In this document: positions 10,954 to 17,685 of the stretch, piece after piece
How the letters are laid out: each line of letters starts with the position of its first letter
Numbering within the stretch: position 1 is the stretch's first letter
Assembly (NCBI GenBank): GCA_031415235.1
Contig: JANORI010000531.1
Span: 1-36,117 of the forward strand
Source of the DNA: Acidobacteriota bacterium
GTDB taxonomy: Bacteria; Acidobacteriota; Vicinamibacteria; Vicinamibacterales; UBA2999
Direction of reading: 5' to 3'
Length of the DNA: 36,117 nt
The notes under the pieces: generated by a model
What the model saw: the letters and a program-made list of their open reading frames with translations, nothing else
Told to the model about the DNA's origin: nothing
The model's database searches: none
Program-made: the position numbers and the translations under genes

Positions 10954-10970
10954 TGGGCATACCGCTTGCT
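10954..10970 (+). promoter_or_regulatory. Candidate sigma-54 (-24/-12) promoter for paralogue 1
   Basis: The site tgGGCAtaccgcTTGCt has GG at 10956-10957 and GC at 10968-10969, exactly 10 nt apart. It matches GGCA at -24 and TTGCT at -12. It lies 94 nt upstream of ATG 11063 in the correct orientation. Confidence 0.45.
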
Positions 10971-11062
10971 CCTACGGTGAGCACGTAAGGGAGTCATTGC
11001 CCAAGCAGTTCCCCCGACTGCACGTGGCTCACCGAACTCGAATCATCAGCATCGGGGACATC

Positions 11063-13411
11063 ATGCATTCACGGTCAGCCACCGCCCTTTTCGTCGCCTT
11101 CCTGAGTCTCGTGGCGGCATCTTCAGTGCCCGCACAGACGGCGCCGCAGCAGCTCCCGCTTGTGCAGGCCGGCAACTTTGCCTATCTAGGCAAGTTCACG
11201 CTGCCTTCGACCGACTCTGCCGGTGTGCAGACAACGTATGGGGGCAACGCTCTGGCCATGGGTCCCGACGGCACGTCGCTCTACTACGGCTGCGTCTACG
11301 GCGGTGCGGTGGTACGCGTGAGTATTCCCACGATTGGCGGCGTCGCGACGCAGGTCGAAGCCTGCCGCGGCGTGCCGAATCTGGGCGCGATCAACCCGAC
11401 CGACCCGAATGCGAAGCTGCTCGGTGGCGTGCTGGCGTGGAGCGGACGGCTGATCCTCTCGGGCTACTCCTACTACGACGGCAACAGCAGTGCCGTCGCG
11501 AGTCACTTTGCCGGCACCAGGATTGACACCGCGTCGGGCCCGTTCCGCGTGGGCACCGAGAAGCCCGGCTTGGTGGCCGGCTACATGGGCGTCATTCCGA
11601 GCGAATGGCGCACCCTGCTCGGCGGACCCGCGCTCACGGGTCAATGCTGTATCTCGATCGTCTCGCGCAGCAGCCATGGGCCAAGCGTGAGCGTGTTCGA
11701 CCCGGCACAGGTCGGTACGACGTCGACCGTCACCTCGACGATGCTCGTCGGCTATCCCGAAGCGCACACCAATCCTGTGCTTGGCAGCTACGGCGCGCCC
11801 GGCCCCATGTTCAGCGGCGCCACGAGGATGGGCGGCGTGGCCTTCCCGGCCGGGACGCGGTCGGTGCTGTTTGTCGGGCGCCACGGCACCACCTACTGCT
11901 ACGGCGAAGGCACATCGAATCAGGCGCTCGACCGCCAGCCGGTGCCAGGGCAGACCGGCGTCATCTACTGCTACGACCCGACCGACTCGAACAAGGGCAC
12001 GCACGGCTATCCCTACAAACATATGGCGTGGGCCTACGACGCCGTCGACCTGCTGGCCGTGAAGCAGGGACTCAAGAACCCCTGGGACATCGTGCCGTAT
12101 GCGACGTGGACGCTGCCCGAGGTGACTGGGGGTAACGGCACGGCTTCCATTCGCGGCGTCACCTACGACCCGGCGACGCGCCGCCTATACCTCACGCAGG
12201 ACCTTGGCGGGCGCACGCCTGAAGTGCACGTCTATGAGATCACCAATGCGGTACTGCAGGGCCCCACCCCCGAAATCTGCGGCGACGGGATCGACAACGA
12301 CCTCGATGGTCTGATTGACGAAGGCTGCGGGTCCGTGCCGGTCGACGAAGTGTGCGGCGACGGCCTCGACAACGATGGCGACGGTCTCATCGACGAGGGC
12401 TGCGCCGAGCTGACCGGCGAGGTGTGCGGTGATCTGATCGACAACGACGGCGACGGCCTGATCGACGAGAACTGCGAGCAGGCCAAGGTGGAAATCTGCG
12501 GCGACAACATCGACAACGACGGCGACGGCCTGGTCGACGAAGGGTGTGTCACGGAAACGGCGCCGCCCGGCGTGCCCGTGGGGGTCCGGGGAACGGTGAA
12601 GCAGGCGACAGTGTCACTCCGTTGGTCGCCGCCGCTGACCGGCGGCGTCGCGACCAGCTACGTCGTCGAGGCCGGAGTGGCGCCGGGGCAGACGGTGTAC
12701 TCGACGCCGGTCGGGCTCGTGACGGCGGTGTCGGTGCCAAACGTCGGCATCGGCAAGTACTACGTGCGGGTGAGAGCGAAGAACGCCAATGGCACGAGTG
12801 CGGCCTCGAAGGAAGTGGTCGTGTCGGTGGGTTGCACGACCAAGCCGCGCAGCGTGTCCGGGCTGTCTGCAACGTCCTTGGGCGGACTCGTGAATCTGAC
12901 CTGGTCCGACGCCGATGGCTGCAGCGGCTCGACCTACTCGGTGGCGCTCGGCACGACGCAGGGCGCAAGCGATGTGCGGACACTGACGGCGGCCGAGACG
13001 ACGACGTCGACCCAACTGCCGCAGGGCACCTACTTTGCGCGTGTGACGGTGTTGTCGGATGTCGGACTGAGCGAGACCACCGACCTTCGCTTCGACGTGG
13101 GCGGCAATACGTGTGTGACGCCGCGCTTTCGCACCAAGCTCAAGTCGGTGGTGAGCGGCCGGCGCGTGAGCCTGGGGTGGACGCCGCTCGACCCCGACAC
13201 GGCCAACGCGGATGACCAACTGGCGCCCGTGAGCTACCTCATCGAAGCAGGCTCGGTGTCGGGTGCGGCCAACTTCGGAAAGGCCTCAATGGAGCGCAGA
13301 GGGTCATTCCTGAACAACGTGCCTCCCGGGGTCTATTTCGTCCGGGTCCGTCCGATGAACGGCTGCGGCGTGGGCCGCGCCTCGAACGAAGTCAAGGTGC
13401 AGGTCCGGTAG
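11063..13411 (+). CDS. Secreted multidomain protein, paralogue 1: signal peptide, unknown 370-aa Cys-containing domain, 4 Cys/Asp-rich repeats, 3 FN3-like modules
   Basis: ATG 11063 has GGGGA 5 nt upstream. The signal peptide is MHSRSATALFVAFLSLVAASSVPA followed by QTA. The FN3-like ends read YYVRVRAKNANGTSAASKEV, YFARVTVLSDVGLSE and YFVRVRPMNGCGVGRASNEV. The upstream 87 codons of the track ORF cover the promoter region and were dropped. Confidence 0.85.
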   Translation: MHSRSATALFVAFLSLVAASSVPAQTAPQQLPLVQAGNFAYLGKFTLPSTDSAGVQTTYGGNALAMGPDGTSLYYGCVYGGAVVRVSIPTIGGVATQVEACRGVPNLGAINPTDPNAKLLGGVLAWSGRLILSGYSYYDGNSSAVASHFAGTRIDTASGPFRVGTEKPGLVAGYMGVIPSEWRTLLGGPALTGQCCISIVSRSSHGPSVSVFDPAQVGTTSTVTSTMLVGYPEAHTNPVLGSYGAPGPMFSGATRMGGVAFPAGTRSVLFVGRHGTTYCYGEGTSNQALDRQPVPGQTGVIYCYDPTDSNKGTHGYPYKHMAWAYDAVDLLAVKQGLKNPWDIVPYATWTLPEVTGGNGTASIRGVTYDPATRRLYLTQDLGGRTPEVHVYEITNAVLQGPTPEICGDGIDNDLDGLIDEGCGSVPVDEVCGDGLDNDGDGLIDEGCAELTGEVCGDLIDNDGDGLIDENCEQAKVEICGDNIDNDGDGLVDEGCVTETAPPGVPVGVRGTVKQATVSLRWSPPLTGGVATSYVVEAGVAPGQTVYSTPVGLVTAVSVPNVGIGKYYVRVRAKNANGTSAASKEVVVSVGCTTKPRSVSGLSATSLGGLVNLTWSDADGCSGSTYSVALGTTQGASDVRTLTAAETTTSTQLPQGTYFARVTVLSDVGLSETTDLRFDVGGNTCVTPRFRTKLKSVVSGRRVSLGWTPLDPDTANADDQLAPVSYLIEAGSVSGAANFGKASMERRGSFLNNVPPGVYFVRVRPMNGCGVGRASNEVKVQVR
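12275..12547 (+). repeat. Four tandem coding repeats (about 72-75 nt each) encoding CGDGxDNDxDGLIDEGC modules
   Basis: The repeats are ICGDGIDNDLDGLIDEGC, VCGDGLDNDGDGLIDEGC, VCGDLIDNDGDGLIDENC and ICGDNIDNDGDGLVDEGC. They resemble the Cys-flanked Asp-rich putative metal (Ca/Cu)-binding motif, MopE-like or thrombospondin-type-3-like. They are absent from paralogue 2. Confidence 0.9.
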
Positions 13412-13447
13412 CGCCGGAGCGTCGGACCCACGCCATACGAGCAGATT

Positions 13448-13490
13448 TCGACCGCTGCTGTCTAGATTTGAAACGGACAGTAGCGGTCGA
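13448..13490 (+). terminator. 15-bp stem / 13-nt loop inverted repeat between the paralogues (a terminator, or an upstream activator site)
   Basis: The arms are tcgaccgctgctgtc (13448-13462) and gacagtagcggtcga (13476-13490). All positions pair, with one G-U. It lies 37 nt after stop 13411. The trailing ctcctttcc is only a weak U-tract. Confidence 0.5.
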
Positions 13491-13505
13491 CTCCTTTCCG
13501 CCAGG

Positions 13506-13542
13506 CGAAAAAACACGAAAACAGTCCGAAAACACCGAAAAA
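13506..13542. promoter_or_regulatory. Four helically phased A-tracts (CGAAAA repeats), predicted intrinsic DNA bend
   Basis: A-tracts sit at 13508-13513, 13518-21, 13529-32 and 13538-42. Their starts are spaced 10, 11 and 9 bp apart, and each follows CG. This is a conspicuous AT island in very GC-rich DNA, between the inverted repeat and the candidate -24/-12 element. Confidence 0.5.
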
Positions 13543-13567
13543 GGCGCGCAGTCACTCAGGGCCTATT

Positions 13568-13584
13568 TCGGCCCCTCTTTTGCT
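13568..13584 (+). promoter_or_regulatory. Candidate sigma-54 (-24/-12) promoter for paralogue 2
   Basis: The site tcGGCcCctcttTTGCt has GG at 13570-13571 and GC at 13582-13583, exactly 10 nt apart. The -12 element TTGCT is perfect and the -24 element is partial (GGC.C). It lies 58 nt upstream of ATG 13642. Confidence 0.4.
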
Positions 13585-13641
13585 GTGCAGACGCAGGGCT
13601 TGCACCTCAAAGCCACATCGCCGACCATTTGGAGCCCCTGC

Positions 13642-15672
13642 ATGCTATTGCGCCGTTTCATCGCCTTCGCCCTCGCCGCCTCCTTCCTGACGTCAGCAGC
13701 GACGGCGATAGCCCAGACCGCGCAACAGCAGCCTCTCGTGCAGGCCGCCAACCTGGTCTATCGGGGAAAGTTCACCCTGCCGAGCGCCGACTCCGCCGGC
13801 ATCCCGATCAGCTACGGCGGCGACTCGTTGGGCATGGGCGCCGACGGCGTGTCGCTCTACTTCGGCTGCGTCTACGGCGGCAGTGTGGCGCGCGTGAGCA
13901 TTCCGGTTATCGGGGGGGTCGCGTCCTTGATCGAGCCGTGCCACGGCGTGCCGAACCTGAATGCGATCAACCCCTCGGACCCGAACGCCAAGCTGCTCGG
14001 CGGCGTGCTGGCGTGGAATGGCCGGTTGATCGTCTCGGGGTATTCCTACTATGACGGCACCCAAAGCGCCGTGGCCAGCCACTTCGTCGGTTCCACGATT
14101 GCCGGTGCCTCGGGCCCATATCGCGTGGGCACCGACAAGGTGGGCTTCGTCGCAGGCTACATGGGCGTCATCCCTGCCGAATGGCGCGGACTGCTCGGTG
14201 GCCCCTCGCTCACCGGTCAGTGCTGTCTCTCAGTCATCTCGCGCACGAGCTACGGCCCGAGCGTCAGCGTGTTCGACCCGGCGCAGCTGGGCGTGACCAC
14301 GGTGGCCTCGAAGATGCTCGTCGGGTACCCGCAATCGAATCCCTCGCTCGGCAATTACGGCGTCCACAACCCCCTGTTCAGCGGCGCGACACAGATCGGC
14401 GGCGTGGCCTTTCCTGGCGGCACGCGCTCGGTACTGTTCGTGGGCCGCCACGGCACGACCTACTGCTACGGCGAAGGCACGTCCACGCAGTCGCTGCACA
14501 ACACGCCCGTGCCCGGCACTGGCGGCGCGTTTGTCTATTGCTACGACCCAACCGATCCATACAAAGGCACCCACGGCTATCCCTACCAGCACATGGTGTG
14601 GGCCTACGACGCCGTCGAACTGCTGGCCGTGAAGCAGGGCCTCAAGAATCCGTGGGATGTTCTGCCCTACGCGACGTGGACGCTGGGCGAGATGAGTGGC
14701 GGCAGCGGTGCCGCAACCCTGCGCAGCGCCACCTACGACCCGGCGACGCGGCGTTGGTACATGGTACAGGGCGGCGGCTCAGGCGCGCCGACCGTGCACG
14801 TATACGAGGTGACGAACGCGGTACACGGCCCTCAGGGCCTCACCGTGCAGACGAGCACGCTCGGCCTCACGTTCTCGTGGAACGCGCCCCCGCAGCCCGG
14901 CTACAGCAGTTACAGTCTCGAAGCCGGAACGCTACCTGGCTCCGCCAACATCGGCGCGCTCTCGCTGGCCGCAGGCTCCAGAACCGTGTCTCTGCCGCCC
15001 ACCGGCGCAACCGGCACATTCTATATCCGGTTGAAGGCGCTCTATCCTGACGGGGCCGAAGGCATCTCGAACGAAGTGTCACTCACGCTCGGCGCGACCG
15101 GCACGCCGCAGCCGCCAGCAAATTTTCGCGCGACGGCGAGCGGCACGAACATCGTGTTCTCGTGGGACGTGACCAACGATCCGCTGGTCACCGGCGTCGT
15201 GGCGGATGCCGGTACGGCCCCTGGCCTGTCCAACCTCGCGCAGGGCGCGCCCATCGGCAATAGCGGCAGCTACGTTGCAGCCAACGCGCCGCCCGGGCAC
15301 TACTACTTTCGTTTGAGGGCCGTGGGCCAGACGGGCTCGAGCGCGCAGTCGAACGAAGCCGAGATCACCATCGGCGGCGGTGGAGGGGCGGCTGGTGCCC
15401 CGTTGCCACCGACGCTCATGCCGCCGATCGTCACCGCATCGCGGACGGCCACCCTCAGCTGGGACATCAACAGCGCTGGGCCTGATCCCAGCAGCTTCCT
15501 GCTCGAAGTGGGCTCACAACCGAGCCGCGCTGATCTCGGCACCGTGTCGCTGAGCGGCGAGCGCTTCGTGGCGCCGGGCGTGCCCTCGGGCGTCTACTTC
15601 GTGCGCGTGCGTTCGGCCAACAGTGCCGGAACGAGCGCGCCCAGCAACGAAATTCGCCTCGTCGTACCGTAG
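13642..15672 (+). CDS. Secreted multidomain protein, paralogue 2: signal peptide, the same unknown 370-aa domain, 3 FN3-like modules
   Basis: ATG 13642 has GGAG 8 nt upstream. The signal peptide is MLLRRFIAFALAASFLTSAATAIA followed by QTA. The N-domain is collinear with paralogue 1. The FN3-like ends read FYIRLKALYPDGAEGISNEV, YYFRLRAVGQTGSSAQSNEA and YFVRVRSANSAGTSAPSNEI. Confidence 0.85.
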   Translation: MLLRRFIAFALAASFLTSAATAIAQTAQQQPLVQAANLVYRGKFTLPSADSAGIPISYGGDSLGMGADGVSLYFGCVYGGSVARVSIPVIGGVASLIEPCHGVPNLNAINPSDPNAKLLGGVLAWNGRLIVSGYSYYDGTQSAVASHFVGSTIAGASGPYRVGTDKVGFVAGYMGVIPAEWRGLLGGPSLTGQCCLSVISRTSYGPSVSVFDPAQLGVTTVASKMLVGYPQSNPSLGNYGVHNPLFSGATQIGGVAFPGGTRSVLFVGRHGTTYCYGEGTSTQSLHNTPVPGTGGAFVYCYDPTDPYKGTHGYPYQHMVWAYDAVELLAVKQGLKNPWDVLPYATWTLGEMSGGSGAATLRSATYDPATRRWYMVQGGGSGAPTVHVYEVTNAVHGPQGLTVQTSTLGLTFSWNAPPQPGYSSYSLEAGTLPGSANIGALSLAAGSRTVSLPPTGATGTFYIRLKALYPDGAEGISNEVSLTLGATGTPQPPANFRATASGTNIVFSWDVTNDPLVTGVVADAGTAPGLSNLAQGAPIGNSGSYVAANAPPGHYYFRLRAVGQTGSSAQSNEAEITIGGGGGAAGAPLPPTLMPPIVTASRTATLSWDINSAGPDPSSFLLEVGSQPSRADLGTVSLSGERFVAPGVPSGVYFVRVRSANSAGTSAPSNEIRLVVP

Positions 15673-15715
15673 TCGCGTCACACCCTGGCGCTCCCTGGGG
15701 CGATGACGTCTGGCG

Positions 15716-16765
15716 TCAGGGGATGAACCTGACGATGCGCGGCCCGAGTACGTTGGCGACCGCCATCGGCAGCCGCTGCCACGCCTGAATCGCGAACCGG
15801 AACTTCGGATTCTTCGGGCTCTGATCCGGCAACGCGCCTGACGCCACGTCGTATTCCCAACAGAGCGGCGAAGGCAGCGCGCCCCACTGCTTCTTGAAGT
15901 GGAACGTGCCCTCGTCTGGCGTGGAGCGTCCGAAATCCATGACGGCGCTGCGGTCGGCGATCGCCTGCTTCAGGACCGTCCAGTACAGCAGGTTGTTGGG
16001 CGACAGCGCGTTGAATTCGCGCAGCGACGATGCCCACGGTATCTCGGTGCGGGTGCGCCACCGCCACGTGAGGCCCGCCGCCACGGGGGCGCCGCCGTGC
16101 CGCACCACGATGACCCGCGCACGCTCGGGGAACGCATCGAGTACGGCCTCGAAGAGTCGCGGCGAGTAGACCGGCGTGCCCAGGTCGCGCATGTTGCGGC
16201 AGAACACCTGGTAGAACTCGCCGACCAGGGCGCGTCCTCCCACTTCGGTCGTCAGCTCGCTCTTCTCGGCCTTGCGTACCTGGTTGCGAACCTTGCGATC
16301 GAGCGCCGCCCATAGCGTATCGGCGTCGGCGGGCAGCGCCAGCGTCATCGCGACCTTGTGTGCCTTGGGGGCCAGCTGCGGGAACCGGCGACGGTCGTGC
16401 CGCAGTTCGAGATGCGAGGCGCCCTGTTCGCGTGTGTAGGCGCCGGCATGTTCAACCAGACGGGTCGCCGTTTCTTCGTCGTCGGCCACGACCCCGCCGT
16501 AGTTCACAAACGGCAGCGACACCACGAAGCGTCCGAACACCCGCGATGTGAAGAGCACCAGGGGCAGCACGCCCACGACTTGTCCGTCACGCACCGCCGC
16601 CGCGTAATACGTTCGGTGCCCAAAGACCTGCTCGAAGATCGCACGCCAGCGCCAGAGGTGATAGCCGCAGGCGCCGGGATGCACGGTCACGTACGCATTC
16701 CACGCGGCCTCGTCCTGGCAGGACACGACCGTGAGGGGCTCCCGCGTGCGAGCACCGTGTGCCAT
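15716..16765 (-). CDS. FemAB-related (GNAT-fold peptidyl/aminoacyl transferase-like) protein, PEP-CTERM-locus type
   Basis: ATG 16765 lies 15 nt after the deacetylase stop. The 349-aa size, the position as last gene of the operon and the sequence (...SLPFVNYGGVV...FYQVFCRNMRDLGTPVY...FHFKKQWGA) fit the FemAB-like family of these loci. The upstream 94 codons of the track ORF overlap the deacetylase gene. Confidence 0.7.
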   Translation of the reverse strand: MAHGARTREPLTVVSCQDEAAWNAYVTVHPGACGYHLWRWRAIFEQVFGHRTYYAAAVRDGQVVGVLPLVLFTSRVFGRFVVSLPFVNYGGVVADDEETATRLVEHAGAYTREQGASHLELRHDRRRFPQLAPKAHKVAMTLALPADADTLWAALDRKVRNQVRKAEKSELTTEVGGRALVGEFYQVFCRNMRDLGTPVYSPRLFEAVLDAFPERARVIVVRHGGAPVAAGLTWRWRTRTEIPWASSLREFNALSPNNLLYWTVLKQAIADRSAVMDFGRSTPDEGTFHFKKQWGALPSPLCWEYDVASGALPDQSPKNPKFRFAIQAWQRLPMAVANVLGPRIVRFIP

Positions 16766-16779
16766 GGTGCTCACGTCGG

Positions 16780-17685
16780 CTACCTCGATACCGGCCGCTT
16801 TGCGCCGGCCGTCAGATCCGGCAGCGGCGCATCTTGGATGAGCGACCGCATCGTGCCGAACGGGAAGTCCCGCAGCAAGCGCTTCAGCCGGGCCTCGGTG
16901 TCGTGCAGATTGCGATAGTGACGCAGCCGTCCGAGCCAGTGGCCCGGCAGGCGCGGTTGGCCGGGGTCGATCTCCCACGGGTGCAGGTAGAACACCGCAG
17001 GCGCGGCTTCGCGGTCGTTTACCCGCTGGATGCCCCACCGCGTCCACTGGTAGGGCAGCTGGCGGAAGTAGCCGCCGCCGCCGATCGGGAAGTTCATGCC
17101 GCCGACTCTCACCGTGGAAGCCGGCACTTCGATGATCGACCCGGACGGTCGTCGCACGATCCCCGCATGGCGTTCCGCATCGGGAATCCCGTAGCGGTCA
17201 TGGTGGACCGGAAAGATGCTCGAGTCGTAGGTGTAGCCTTCTTCGATGAGCACATCGAGCGCCCACAGCGACCGCGTGGTGACCGAGAAGCTGGGCGCGC
17301 GATATCCGTCCACCGCTTGGCCCGACACGTCTTCGAGCATCCGCTTGGCGACGCGGACATCGTCGCGGAAGGCGTCGGGCGTCTGGTCGTAGATCAAGCG
17401 ATGGGCGTATCCGTGTGACGCCACTTCGTGACCGCCGTCGCTGATCCGTCTCACGAGGGCCGGCACACGTTCGGCCACCCACGCCAGTACGAAGAACGTG
17501 GCGCGCACGCTCGCGCCGTCGAATAGCTCGAGCAGCCGGTCGGTGTTCGCCTCCACGCGGCTCTCTCGCGACGCCCAGGAGTCGCGTGCGACGACGCTTT
17601 CGAAGTTGCTGACGTGAAAGTAGTCTTCCACGTCGATCGTCATCGCGTTCCGGATGCGGGCGGCCGGCACTGCCGGCCCGTTCAT
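16780..17685 (-). CDS. Polysaccharide deacetylase (NodB/CE4-like), PEP-CTERM-locus subfamily type
   Basis: Motifs MTIDVEDYFHVSNF, HEVASHGYAH and YRAPSFS are present. ATG 17685 overlaps the TGA of the upstream gene (ATGA). ATG 17643 (MTIDVEDYFH) is an alternative start. Confidence 0.8.
   Translation of the reverse strand: MNGPAVPAARIRNAMTIDVEDYFHVSNFESVVARDSWASRESRVEANTDRLLELFDGASVRATFFVLAWVAERVPALVRRISDGGHEVASHGYAHRLIYDQTPDAFRDDVRVAKRMLEDVSGQAVDGYRAPSFSVTTRSLWALDVLIEEGYTYDSSIFPVHHDRYGIPDAERHAGIVRRPSGSIIEVPASTVRVGGMNFPIGGGGYFRQLPYQWTRWGIQRVNDREAAPAVFYLHPWEIDPGQPRLPGHWLGRLRHYRNLHDTEARLKRLLRDFPFGTMRSLIQDAPLPDLTAGAKRPVSR

Noticed and set aside
12232-12552. 106-aa minus-strand ORF with a striking RPSPSLS periodic repeat.
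   Set aside because: It is the reverse-complement reading of the four CGDGxDNDxDGLIDEGC coding repeats of paralogue 1. The periodicity is inherited, not independent.
13599-13606. The 8-mer CTTGCACC is shared between the two paralogue upstream regions (10801-10808 and 13599-13606).
   Set aside because: The positions relative to the start codons differ greatly, about 260 nt versus 36 nt upstream. A single shared 8-mer in about 550 bp is within chance.
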